NCBI RefSeq assembly: GCF_021028975.2
Contig: NC_059439.1
Span: 32,054,001-32,118,000 of the forward strand
Direction: 5' to 3'
Origin: Sphaerodactylus townsendi
Lineage: Eukaryota
Length of the DNA: 64,000 nucleotides
Shown piece by piece: positions 12,761 through 25,709 of this stretch. Position numbers and translations under genes: made by a program. The stretch's first letter is position 1; every line of letters starts with the position of its first letter. The notes beneath the pieces are model-generated. The model did not search any database, was not told the origin of the DNA, and was given only the letters and a program-made list of their open reading frames with translations.

Positions 12761-15364
12761 ATTTTATTCTCACAGAACAAGCCTGTGAAATGGATTAGGC
12801 TGACAGAATCGTGACCTTGCCAGCTTCCATAGCAGTGTAGGGATAATCTAATACTCTAACCACTATACCACGCTGGCTCTCTTCTTTGTATATTAGAAGC
12901 ACTATAGATTTATTGTAGGGCAAACGCTTCACCCGCTCTTAGACAATGCTGTGATGTTATGGAACGTTCATAAACATTCTGGTTGTTCAGGGGGATGCTT
13001 CTAGCCATACCACGCTGACAAAAAAAAGTGCAAGGAAGAACCTAATATAGGGGCTAGGAAGGCTGTGAATACACAGAATAAGATTTAGAAAGTGAGTGAA
13101 TCAGTAAAGCAAACAGTTTTGGGGCTCAGAGAGCCAGCATGGTGTAGTGGTTAAGAGCAGGTGGATTCTAATCTGGAGGGAACTTGGGTTTTGGTTCCCC
13201 CACTCGTCCCACCTACAGGTGGCACAGAGGCTTATCTGGTGAACCAGATGTGTTCCCACACTCCTACATTCCTGCTGGGTGACCTTGGGCTAGTCACAGT
13301 TCTCTCGGGACTCTCTCAGCCCCACCTGCCTCACAAGGTGTCTGTTGTGGGGAGAGGAAGGGAAAGGAGCTTGTCAGCCACCTTGAGTCTTCTTATAGGA
13401 GAGAAAGGTGGGGTATAAATCCAAACTCCTCCTCCTCCTCCTTCGAGGCTGAGGAAATGAGAGAGAATATGCATTAAGCAAGTTCGCTGAAGAAACAAGT
13501 TTGAAGGATGGAGTTTGCCTGGGGGCAAGAGAAGTGGATGAGGTCACGTGGAAAGGCGAGGCTGTGGTGTGTGTGTGGAAACTGACCCTTGGAACAAGAG
13601 GGAACTGGTCAGAAAAAGGGACCAGATGTGGAGGCCTGGAGGCCATAGGAGGGGGGTGCTATTGAATGCAGCATATTAATTTGGTTGTCGGCTGCAGGCC
13701 CAAGTGACAATAATAATCCCTCCTGCTGTCATCTTCTGTCGGTATTGCACCGAGCTCTTTCTCATGCTCCACGTTCCCATGGCAGGGGCTCGTGTCCGAC
13801 CGTGGACATTCCAGGAGTTCCGAAGCTTTGCATTGCCTGTCAAATGACACGCGTGTGAAGGAGTGACTCAGCTGCTGGCAGGAAGCGAGAGGAAAATTAA
13901 AGGTTTCCTGTCCGGCTGCACATGAGCTATGACTGTACAGAATCTCCAAGCGGCTTACAACCTCCTTCCCTTCCCACAACAGAGACCTTGTGAGGTAGGT
14001 GGGGCTGAGAGAGTTCTGAGAGGACCGTGCCTGGTTCAAGGTCACCCAGCAGGCTTCATGTGGAGGAGGGGGGAAACAAACCAGATAAGAAGAAGAAGGA
14101 GGAGGAGAGTTTGGATTTATATCCCCCCTTTCTCTCCTGAGGAGACTCAAAGGGGCTGACAATCTCCTTGCCCTTCCCCCCTCACAACAAACACCCTGTG
14201 AGGTAGGTGGGGCTGAGAGAGCTCCGAGAAGCTGTGACTAGCCCAAGGTCACCCAGCTGGCATGTGTGGGAGTGTACAGGCTAATCTGAATTCCCCAGAT
14301 AAGCCTCCACAGCTCAGGCGGCAGAGCTGGGAATCGAACCCGGTTCCTCCAGATTAGATACACGAGCTCTTAACCTCCTACGCCACTGCTGCTCCTGTAG
14401 AGGAGTGGGGAATCAAACCAAATTCTCCATATTAGAGTCCACTGCAGCTTTCTGAATTAGCATATGGTGGTGGGATTTTTTGGGAAAGACAACTCATATT
14501 TATTTAAGAGTAGTGTGGCATAGTGGGTAAAGTGCTCAGGTGACTGAATGGGATAAACACAGCCAGAGGTTTCTGCTTAGTCATAAGCAACCATTGTGTG
14601 CTAGTTAGAGCACAAACGTCCCCCCTCCTTGTGTTTTTGAGTCTGTGGGCACTTGTGGAATTCTGACCCAGCATGGTGGATGCAGCCACAAAAGAAGAGA
14701 AGAAGAGTTTAGATTTATATCCCCCCTTTCTCTCCTGCAGGAGACTCAAAGGGGCTGACAATCTCCTTGCCCTTCCCCCCTCACAACAAACACCCTGTGA
14801 GGTAGGTGGGGCTGAGAGAGCTCCGAGAAGCTGTGACTAGCCCAAGGTCACCCAACTGGTGTGTGTGGGAGTGCACAGGCTAATCTGAATTCCCCAGATA
14901 AGCCTCCACAGCTCAGGCGGCAGAGCTGGGAATCAAACCCAGTTCCTCCAGATTAGATACACGAGCTCTTAACCTCCTGCCACTAAAGGTGGAGGCAGCC
15001 CACTATGGCCACAGCTTCAGTCCCACAGTAAAGACCCTTGTGTTGTTTTACCCGCTGCTGCCAAAGCAACCTTTAAAAACCTCCAAGAGCTGATCAGAAG
15101 GCTTGTTGGGCAAAAGCCCCACCTAATACCAGGCAATGTTAGCAGGCATCATGGTGCCCGTGAGCGCCACGTTGGAGACCCAAATTCCTGCTATGCCACG
15201 TGTGTACTTGTGGGTTAACACTGAGCCAGCCCAGTCACGCTCTCAGCGTAATCTACCTTACAATGTAGCTGTTGTGAGGACAAAATGGATGAGAAAAACA
15301 GAACATAAAGCTCCAATAAGGAAAATACGCCTCAAATGCAGGCCTTCGTCTTCATAATCTCTCA

Positions 15365-15505
15365 GGCCCCTTCCGCACATGCAAAATAATGCGTTTTCAA
15401 ACCACTTTCACAACTGTTTGCAAGTGGGTTTTGCTATTCTGCACAGCTTCAAAGAGCACTGAAAGCAGTTTTAAAGTGCATTATTCTGCATATGCGGAAT
15501 GAGCC
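15365..15505. mobile_element. PIF/Harbinger-like MITE
   Basis: ggccccttccgcaca…tgcggaatgagcc with 3-bp TSD tca; copies at about 17196-17330 and 17752-17892. Confidence 0.65.
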
Positions 15506-16018
15506 TCAGACAAACCCAGCCTGTAGGATTGTTGTGCGAGTGTAACAAAACAGCTCCATGTATGCGATTTTAAACTCCTCGGAAGAAATCTAGGTGGTGG
15601 TGATGCGTACGCATGTGAGAACAATTAAAAAAAAACACAACCCAGTCTGATCATGTGTGATGCTGTGTACATATAAAAGCAGCATCAAATAATTACAAAA
15701 ATGACTCAAATTCGAACGAGGAAAATAGGTGTTGGGAGAATGCTGCCATGTCACTCAAAAGCGTCGTGGTGTGTCACCTTTAATACGCTAGTCATAGGGT
15801 TGTCGTCGCTAGACGGGCAGCTCTGTCCAAGAACTGCCACCCCCCCCCCACATGAAGACACCTCCCAGAAGAGTGGGGAGGCTGAAAAAGTCTCTCCGCA
15901 CTTCTGAGAAGCTTCTATAGGGTGATGCTGCTGTGTTTGGCACATTATCCTGGTGCTCAGGGTGTGGGGGAAGGCATTGGCCACACGCCAGTGGGATGGC
16001 CTCCCCACTAGGGTAAGT

Positions 16019-16535
16019 AGAAGCAAGCCTTTATTGGCATAGACAACAGTACAACAGTAATAAAAAACAGATTAAAAAGCATATACAATACAGGTCGAAG
16101 GAAATCTACTGGCGTTTAGTAATTTCCAGGAGAAAGTCTGCCACTATCGTAGAGAGAAGGATCAGGGTTGTCCAACAAGTAGTGTAATCTAATTAAATCG
16201 GGGAGATGGGGTAAATGTAAAGGAGTAAGATTCACATACTTGGATCTGATTTCCTTGAATCTGAGACACTGTAGTAATTGGTGGGCCAGAGATTCAACTG
16301 AGCCATCGTTACATGGGCACAATCTTTTAGCCTTTTCTTGCTTATTAAATCTGCCATGTAACAAGGCAGAAGGCATAACATTAAACCTGGCGAGCATTAT
16401 GGCTCTCCTTTGAACGGGGTTTATTAAGCAATACAGGTAGTGTGCCAAGTGGCCCTGTTGAAATGGGAGAGAAAAATACAGGGGGGAGCACGTTTTCTTG
16501 GCTGCGGTGATTAGGGTAGAGAACTCTATCCAAAC
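16019..16535 (-). mobile_element. LINE 3' fragment with TSD
   Basis: ORF with ARFNVMPS…RLCPC…HQLLQC; TSD cactagggtaagt. Confidence 0.75.
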
Positions 16536-19531
16536 ACTAGGGTAAGTGCCCCAGGCAGGGCAAATCCACCAGGCTGTACACTGCTCCCATAAGCGGACCC
16601 CCCCCTCACCCCAAGATGGGGCTCTAAATTATACTGTTACTGTATTTTAAAAACACAGGACCTGAGGTACGCCTAAACCACACTCTCCTCTGGAAACCCT
16701 CAGTTGTGGACGCAGCAGCTATGAATACTCACTCAGCATGGGAAATGTGCTATTCATGCATGCCAAAGGCATTTTTTATATTATTTCTTTGCACATGCCA
16801 GACAAACGAGGCCGAGCCTGGTTTGGCCCTAGTTCCAACAGCATCTTTTGCGAAGCCAAAGATATTCCTAAAAAGACTTTCTCCCAAATGATGCCTAATT
16901 ATATCCCTGTGCCTGACTTAATTTGAGCTGAAATTCATGGAGCTGCAGACTTGGGAGTGCAGGTAATTACAGGGAAGATTATTTCTGATCGTGTGAGGAG
17001 TCTCTTTCCCACCCCACGTAGCACATCGTTTGGGATGGAGGAATTGGAACTTTCAGATCGTAGTTTGTAACTTCCAGCTTTCGCCTCTCGGAGAAGTTAA
17101 CCTTTGTTTTTTGGCATCCTTCCCCACAGCGAGCCATTTCCACATCAAAGTAAGCATCCCAAAAGGAGAAAGTGACCAATCTAGTTCCCAAACCAAGGCC
17201 CCTTCCGCACACACAGAAGTTTCAAACCACTTTCACAACTGTTTGCAAGTGGATTTTGCTATTCCGCACAGCTTCAAAGAGCACTGAAAGCAGTTTGAAA
17301 GTGCATTATTCTGCATGTGCGGAATGAGCCCAAGTTTCCCCCCTCCATACAAGAGACCTGGTACTAAAGGCTGACGTCTCATCTCATTCTTGATCTTTGC
17401 CAAGAACAACATTTTTTGGTAGCCACCGAAACAGGTTTTCCAAGCCTCAGTACACAAACATCTCGTCGCAGGGATTATTGAAGAACATACTTCCTAGAGG
17501 AAGAGTAACTTAGGGTAATGATTAAAATGTTTGCTTCTGGCGGGCTTTTCTTTACTAAAGTCATGTATAAACTTATCTAAAAGTAAACACAGGAACCCCC
17601 CCCCCCCCAAAAAAAAACAAAACCCTGACGTTTCAGGGCTTTGCAAGAAACGTGAGAATATACCGTAAATTTCTATCAGCCAGGAATTGAGCAGGGATAC
17701 AATATGCAATTTTTCGTTCTTTACAGCTCACATGCCTGTAGAGATGTTAAAAGCCCCTTCCGCACACACAAAATAATGCATTTTCAAACCACTTTCACAA
17801 CTGTTTGCAAGTGGATTTTGCTATTCTGCACAGCTTCAAAGAGCACTGAAAGCAGTTTGAAAGTGTATTATTCTGCATGTGCGGAATGAGCCAAAGATAT
17901 TCCAAATCAAGTGGCTTGGAGGATTACTTACTAACAGTTATTTCTGTCTACTGTGCTACCTTCCTCCAGAATCCCACAAGGTCCATCATACTGAAATAGA
18001 GGCAGACTGGTTCCCGGTTGCTCAGCTTCTGCCAAGCAGGGATTTGAACTCAAGATTTTGGTGTTCTAAGTCATTTACAGTTATGTCACACTGGTGTGTG
18101 TGTGTGTTTAATGTTCACCTGACTTTTGTGTAACCCCAATAACTCCACCCCACCTGCACGGGCTTTTGCCAGTTAGTCACCCAGGGAGGTGGTGGAATGA
18201 ACAGGGTTAAACGTGAACAGATGAGATCAGTGGCATCATTACATAACACCCAAACGCGCACTTGCTCGGCCAACTCAGGTTTAGATTCCCGAACGACCGG
18301 AAGCGGGCTATTACAGAACATTGTGGCCTCCAGTAATTAAACAGTTAATAGGACAAATTATTTTGCAACGTTATTAACATGTCTAAGGGTGGAAATTAGT
18401 ATTTTGTACAAGGATCCATTCTCAGGTGTGGCTAGATCACTATGGTAAAGCCAAGTGCAGAGGTTGGATCCTTTGCTGAGGGCTAAGACTATTGCAGCGT
18501 TAGAAAAAGCAAACCCAGATAGTCACACACAGGACAACTGTTAATACACAACTGCTTAGCTGGGCTGATGCTGCTGTAAAGGACACAGAATCCACTAGGA
18601 AGACCTGGATCGCTCATTCCAAAGCTGGTAATCATCAGGTCTACAACTTAGAAAGATGTTTGTGCTACACCGCAGCCTCACAATAACCAGGAAGGACAGA
18701 CCACATCTGAGACATGACTCGCTTAAGGCTTCATATAACTGAGCCATTATTTGAGTGGAATTTTGTAATCGTTGGGGAATATCTTGTGTTAGACCCAGTA
18801 CACCAGTTTACTGAACACCCAGCTGAATCCAATGGATGAAAGCACTTTTAGGACTGCTGTAACTTTCTGTAAAGATGTACCCTCTGGCTGGCACTTAAGG
18901 ATCAAGTTTAACTGCTCGTTACTTCTTGAGTCCTTCCCGTGACAAGATGAAATGCTACCTGATTTTCCAGGTAGTATAAAAACTACATACACACTGTGGC
19001 ACTGGACCCAAGACTTAAAGGGGCTACAACTCCTTTTACAAATCTGCATTACCACTGTTGATTCAAGGATGGGGAATTCTACAGTACGCCAAAGGAGGAA
19101 GAGCTTAGCTACCTTGGGACTAAGAAAGGAAACCAGTTTGCAAAAATTGTAACCCCGGCGCCACTCATGAGTTACAGAACGGCGCAGCACGACATTGTAG
19201 CGTACTAGCCCTATGTTGTGCTCTGCGTGTCCTTAAGGCAAGTTTTTCACACACCTCTCATTTGAATAATTCAGCATTCCACAAACATCTCAATAACAAG
19301 GCTGACTCCACCCTGCCCGTTTCTTTATCTTCAGAAGCACATCTTCTAAGAGCTTCGGGGGTTTTGTGTAGATGTTGAACCACCTTTCGAGATAACATTC
19401 CTGCCCTACCTCCTCACCTTCACAAAAAAAGTGATGTAAACCTACAGAGGAAAAACGTGTTCTCAGGAAGGTTAGGGTCTCGGTTGCTCAGATGTTTGTA
19501 GCAAAAAAACCCAGATGTTCATTACTTAGTC

Positions 19532-19677
19532 CCGTGGTGGCGAACCTTTGGCACTCCAGATGTTCTGAACTACAACTCCCATCAGCCCCTGCCAGCATGG
19601 TCAATTGGCCATGCTAACAGGGGCTGATGGGAACTGTAGTCTATAACATCTGGAGTGCCAAAGGTTCGCCACCACTG
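19532..19677. mobile_element. Short palindromic hAT MITE
   Basis: Whole-element hairpin with 8-bp TSD acttagtc; relatives near 20010-20127, 21219-21313, 46570-46745, 52420-52680 and 63387-63532. Confidence 0.8.
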
Positions 19678-20587
19678 ACTTAGTCTATTCCCGTTTCTCC
19701 CTTGTGAAGCATGCAAGTTTGTTTTGCACCACGCTGTTCTTGCTATAAAAACAAATGCTTTGGCTAAGAGTGGTGGACTTAAGGCATGGAAAAGGTACCT
19801 TTTTGCTAGCCTCATAAACTGTCTGTTCCTGGAGTAGATCAAGCCATAGAAGGTAACATCCATGCTGGATTATGGTAATACATTGTAATGCCGCAATTGA
19901 AAACTCATCAGAAACTCCCAAGTGGTACAAATTACAATAACATCCCAGTAGCTTCCTTGCTGATGTATCTACTTGCCCGGGAACAGATGGACTACCACAT
20001 AGAGAATGCCAGGGGTCTGCAACCTGCGGCTCTCCAGATGTTCATGGCCAATTGGCCATGCTGGCAGGGGTTGATGGGATTTGTAGTCCATAAACACCTG
20101 GAGATGTTCTGCAGGTTGCAGACCCATGCCTTAGCGGATACTAAATGGTTCCCAGGCCCAGCTAAAGGTGCCCTCCATCTGGACTAGATTTTGAACAAGT
20201 TTCAGCCTGTTACATTTCTCAGTTTTTATGGTAAAATTTTGTTGCTTTGACATGTAGTTGAGAAATCTTGAGATTTTTTTTGTAGCTATGTTGTGAAATA
20301 TATCTTCATCTATTTATGCGGATCGTCGATGTTCTGGCTGTTTTCTGGGCCTTTTCTATTAGTGATCTTATCAGCATATTAGAACATTTCAATTCTGTAA
20401 CTAAAGCTTAGATACATGTAGTAGGGTAAGCTACATTTTTAAAAAAATATGTACAATGTCACTGGAACATAAACTGAGCTACATGCAAAAAAAAATCTGG
20501 TTTAATTATACACAGGAGCAGTACTTTCCGAGAGGCTTAAAATCAACAGAAAACTCATTGTTATTTTTAATATTGAATGAAAATGTT

Positions 20588-20593
20588 TTTATT
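20588..20593 (-). terminator. Probable FUS polyadenylation signal
   Basis: AATAAA on minus about 225 nt after the FUS stop in an AU-rich 3'UTR. Confidence 0.55.
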
Positions 20594-20817
20594 ACTGAAA
20601 CTGCCTATCCCTCCCCACCCTGTTGAGAAGTTATGCACATGACTAAAACATTTTCACTTGTAAATGTATGGGATTTCAAATACACACAAAAATTAAAGGA
20701 GGGAATACGAGGTTTATACACAAACAGAACACGGAGTACACAAACTTGCAACATAGCCTGACATCGTATCAAATAAAAAGTTTTATAAATTCACATGGTT
20801 GGGGATTCTATACAGGC

Positions 20818-20857
20818 TCAATAGGGCCTCTCACGGCGGTCTTGTCTGTGGTCTCCT
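20818..20857 (-). CDS. FUS: FUS last coding exon (PY-NLS)
   Basis: Polypyrimidine acceptor ttctgcag, then 40 nt giving (R)GDHRQDRRERPY*, the FUS C-terminal PY nuclear localisation signal. Confidence 0.95.
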
Positions 20858-21083
20858 CTGCAGAAGAGAGAAGGGAAAATTTAAATTCCAGACTTGCAGC
20901 TTTATGTAATTTGCACATCATACAATGAGAAACATTCACGTAAACAGGGATAATGAAGATATTCATGTTTTACTTAAGGGTAAGACACAGACATGGATCG
21001 AGTCTGTGAGCCAGGCCACAATTCTTTTCCGGAACACAACAGCTTGTTCGCAACAACCTCAGCCTTGCCAAAATAATCCTTAC

Positions 21084-21130
21084 CTGGAATCCATTTTCCC
21101 TGGTCCAAAGTTGCCTCTGTCTCCGCCTCT
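21084..21130 (-). CDS. FUS: FUS penultimate exon, 3' part (5' part in N gap)
   Basis: RGGDRGNFGPGKMDS(R) followed by donor gtaagg. Confidence 0.92.
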
Positions 21131-21584
21131 NNNNNNNNNNNNNNNNNNNNNNNNNNNNNNNNNNNNNNNNNNNNNNNNNNNNNNNNNNNNNNNNNNNNNN
21201 NNNNNNNNNNNNNNNNNNGGACCACAGTTCCCATCATCCCCTGCCAGCATGCTGGCAGGGGATGATGGGAACTGTAGTCCATAACATCTGGAGGGCCGCG
21301 AGTTTGACACCTATGTTATAAACAATACGACCTCTTGCCCCTCATTAAAGTTGTAAAATGTGTTTGTGTTTACATAAATGGAAATTGACTTGTCATAAGG
21401 CTTCATCCTAGGACCTGACAGATAGGTCTTAGTTATTCCCGCCCCCTCTTCCTGGACTAATGGTGAAGATGCTATTAAAAAAACCCTGACAAGAGAATTC
21501 ATACTTAAAAGAGATGAATTCTAAGATTCGTTCATTCTAAGATTGAACTTGTGCCTTCAACTGTATTGTTTTCATATACCTGGA

Positions 21585-21799
21585 GAAGAGTCATGTTGGG
21601 ACCAAGAGCCGGACCACATGAGGGTGACCGTGGTAATGCTACAAGCTGATGATATTCTTTGTGTGGATTCTGTATCGTGGATTTCTGTACAAATTCTATT
21701 TTTCTTTTGTTTATTGTTCTTCCTTTTTCTTGTTCTTCTCTATTCTTTTTTGCTGGCCTAATGGTCGTAATAAAACTGACTGACTGACTGACTGACTGA
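21585..21799 (+). mobile_element. Short LINE 3' fragment with (CTGA)n tail
   Basis: AATAAA plus (ctga)n; 12-bp TSD catatacctgga at 21573-21584 and 21800-21811. Confidence 0.7.
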
Positions 21800-23123
21800 C
21801 ATATACCTGGAACTGTTTAGAGCTGAGAGAAACCTCTTTGTATTTTCTTTTCTTTCTTTTTAAATAAACTTTTAAAAACTCAGCTGTTTGAAAGTACCTG
21901 TATCAAAGACCCTGTTTCTCGGTACATTACTGGAAAGAGGGCCTCGGCTTAGGGCAATTCCTCCTTTCCGTCACAATCTCACTTTCCTATCTGTCATTTT
22001 TCTAGCTTTCTGCATCATGTAAAACAACCACTATAGACAAAGAAATAGGAACACACACTCGAGAACAAAATTTCTCGATAAGATAAACCACTGCTTAGCG
22101 TCAGCCACTAGGTGCTTGCAATGAAGGTTGTAAGGATACAGAACAGGACAAGACTAGAACATAAGCTATTAGCCATGGAAGTCATCGGTTCAGATCTTAG
22201 TTTAACAATGAATAATGTGTGGAGCTGTTATTTTCTCCCTCAGCACTTATTCTGCTTTCCGGAATTTACAGTGCCAAATTAATAATAGAAACCTATTTTA
22301 TAGAGTCATTGTTAGGGTTACTGAGATAGCGTATACGAAGCATTTTGAATACAAGTGTGGGGAAACACTATGTAAATGCTATTTACTTGGTATATTTAAG
22401 AAGATCCTTTATATTTTTATTACTATTAATATTTTTAGTGTCTGTCAAATTACCAGTCTAAAGATGAGGGGCCACCACTTTGCCTTGTTTCTGAAATCCC
22501 CTTGTGAAATCCCCAACTGATTACCATTGGTGGATCTCAGATCTGAACCAGAGTAGATATTTCCCCCTCCGAAGACCATAAGGGCCTATGAAAAACAGCT
22601 CTCATTTGAGCTGATCCCAATTTTTCAAAATTTGGATTGGGCAACTGTACAACGCTAAAAGCTATTTAATATTAAAGGGAACAGACAACCTTTACTCACA
22701 GATTAGGAAGCAGATGGTTTACAAACTGGTTGTTATTTAACAAGTGAGCACTTACAATATGAAGAGTGCTTTCAAGTCATCTTTCCCTTTTCATGACGAG
22801 CCTTTGAAAACTGTCACTCGTTATCCTTGTTTTCCAACAGATAGGAACTTGAAACCAAGATGTTATGTCTACGAAACAGGGGAGGTTTGAGTCCCAGAGC
22901 CTACAAACTGGTGGTTTTCAAAGACTTTCCATCTACAGGAAACCCACGCTGATTCATCAGCCAAGGAACCTCAGAACGTGGCAAAGGATTCCAGGGGTGG
23001 AGGCAGGAAAACGCACCAGGGTGCACACAAGGCACTGGGCAATCCTTGTATAAACACAGCCTGCACTTCCTCATAACTGCACATTTTAGCGAACTGCCAG
23101 CTGTACTGAACTATGGATCTTAC

Positions 23124-23160
23124 CATAATCCTTCCATTGCGAAAAGAAGCAGATAAGGAC
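23124..23160 (-). other. Candidate 37-nt exon containing a Kozak ATG (MEGL…)
   Basis: ccttgcag|gtccttatctgcttcttttcgcaATGGAAGGATTATG|gtaaga; strong splice signals only. Confidence 0.4.
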
Positions 23161-23419
23161 CTGCAAGGTGGTCACTGCAACACCATTTGTACAAGCAACA
23201 TACAAATTCAGCAAATCTTAAGCAATAACATCAGCCCCCTCTTGCGCAATGTGTTTACCAGGCTCGGCAGATGATCTTGTGTTGAATTTTACTGTATTTA
23301 TTACATCTTGGAAGCTGGCCTGAGCCCGCAAGGGGAAGGGCAGCATACAAACAGAATGAAATAAATAAAATAAAGACCTGGACTTTCTAAATAGTAGTTT
23401 TAGACAGCACCATCAATGT

Positions 23420-23790
23420 AAGAACATAAGAACATAAGAACTAGCCTGCTGGATCAGACCAGTGTCCATCTAGTCCAGCTCTCTGCTACTCGCAGTGGCC
23501 CACCAGGTGCCTTTGGGAGCTCACAGGCAGGATGTGAAAGCAATGGCCTTCTGTGGCTGTTGCTCCCGAGCACCTGGACTGTTAAGGCATTTGCAATCTC
23601 AGATCAAGGAGGATCAAGATTGGTACCCATAGATCGACTTCTCCTCCATAAATCTGTCCAAGCCCTTTGTAAAGCTATCCAGGTTAGGGGCCATCACCAC
23701 CTCCTGTGGCAGCATATTCCAAACACCAATCACACACTGCGTGAAGAAGTGTTTCCTTTTATTAGTCCTAATTCTTCCCCCCAGGCATTT
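23420..23790 (-). mobile_element. CR1 LINE 3' fragment (second copy about 25823-26220)
   Basis: (aagaacat)n tail followed by ctggatcagacc…gtccatctagtccag, the reverse of a CR1 3' end. Confidence 0.7.
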
Positions 23791-24794
23791 AGCATTTCAA
23801 AGTTACATGGGCCCCAAAAGGAAAGGTCCTTTGGGCAGAAGAGGGGGATTAAATCTTTTTTTCCCCTCCACCATGACTCGCTCAAACACCCTTTTCAAAT
23901 ATGCATTTATAGAAATGTCACCTGGGGCCAAGAGCTTCAACACAACCGTCTCTTCCTTGCCAAGTCTCAACTGTTTACATTCCCTAGATTATAGCAGGCT
24001 ATGGGAAAAGGAACACAGGCTGTCTCGGATAACAGACTCAGCCTCTCTCAGTGCAATAAGTACCAGGCTCCTGTGGCCAAAAAGAGCTGGACTTTTCCAT
24101 GCCACCTGCTCTCCTGCCCTTCTAGAGCCTGGTAGCGCCCTTGGGTTTATCTACTGGGCTCCTGCGGCAAGTCATATCCCTATTCTCTGTTCTTGGGAAC
24201 ATTACTTTTAAAAAATAAATAAATCCCACCTCATCGCAGTTCATCGCAGAGCAACAACAACAAAAACACCCACCCAGGGAGGTTTTGCACCAAAAAAAAC
24301 TTGCCATTTGAAACTGGACAGTAGGGAAGATGAGGGAGAAACAGAGGGCCAGAATGCAAACATCCTTCCTGGCCCAAATGGATCTGCATAAAGATGCCAG
24401 CACGCCATAACAACCAGGCTTCACACTTTACCCCAAGGGACCTCACTGGGGGTGCTCTGATTTTACCCCTTACCCTATTCCCGTCCCCATCCTATTGCAA
24501 CCCAATGCTTTTGTCTCTTTCCTATTGCATGGAGAGAACCCAAAGAACCCCAATTCCCAACACCAATTCAAGAGACACCAGGAGTCCCAGCATCCCCTGC
24601 TCTGACTCCCATCTCAACCCACCATATCCTCCCCCGTGTTAGGAAGCGAGTCCTCTTTTGCAACCTTCAGCTGCCCCCTCCCCGTGAATTTAGGGGAACC
24701 CTGGATCTCACCCCCGGGCTTAACATATGGCCCTGAAGAAACGTCGCCCCCTCTTCCAGCAAGCATAATGGTACGTCCCATTAGGGCCGCTTAC

Positions 24795-24960
24795 CGCCGA
24801 TGCCAACCAGCACAACCGCGTCCACGCTTGGATTAAACCACCTCGCCCTCCTATGGGGGGGGGGGAAAGAAAAAAAAGGGGGGACAGGCTGCCAATCTGC
24901 GCTCGCGGCGTGCAGCAAAGGCACATGGGAAATGTAGTCCCACGGAAGTACTTGTACGGC
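24795..24960 (-). promoter_or_regulatory. CpG-rich promoter and candidate first exon of an unidentified gene downstream of VKORC1
   Basis: ACTACATTTCCCA (ZNF143/SBS-type) at 24926-24938, ETS-like CGGAAGT, CCAAT at 24892, donor G|gtaagc at 24795. Confidence 0.5.
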
Positions 24961-25218
24961 CTTGAAGGCACTTCCAGAACTTCCAAACCCAGAAAGCATC
25001 GCGCAAAGGAGAGGTCGCGTTGAAGCAGGAGATGTGAGCAAGGTAGTCTTCGGGGAAGGAAAGGATTGAATTGCTAAATGCTTTACTTTGGGGATGGGGA
25101 TGATGGAAATGAGTTGTCAGATGTGTCCCATGCAATAAAAATAAACGTGAATCTTATGACACTTGGAAGGCTAGCAAAATTTTACTCTGGCATAAACTAT
25201 AGCCTGCTTGTTCTAGTG

Positions 25219-25709
25219 CAGTGGTGGCGAACCTATGGCACGGGTGCCAGAGGTGGCACGCAGAGCCCTCTCTGTTGGCCCCCCACACATCTAGGCTGGC
25301 CTGGGCCACTGGGCTCGATTATTAGCATTAAACCTAAGACCTAGTTTTCAGGAAGCAGTGTAGGTAACCCTTTTAAGCGCTGTTAACCCCACTGATTTTC
25401 ATGCGTTGAACTAAAGTGCGATCCTTTACCTGGGAGTAGGCTCGGTTGCTGACAATGGGGCTTGCTTCTGATTAAACCCTCCGAGGGTCGTGATTCACCC
25501 GTTGGAAGAGTTGCATGGTTGCTTCAAAGCAAAGCCACCGACGACCACCAAGTTTACTCCCGAGTAACGCACACCTCGGAGCCAACCATTTTTTCTAAAC
25601 TAAAACCTCAGTATTCAGGTTAAATTGCCGTGTTGGCACTTTGTGATAAATAAGTGGGTTTGGGGTTGCAATTTGGGCACTCGGGTCTCCAAAAGGTTCG
25701 CCATCACTG
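25219..25709 (+). mobile_element. hAT-type MITE
   Basis: Near-identical to 28767-29279 with the same TIRs. Confidence 0.8.
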
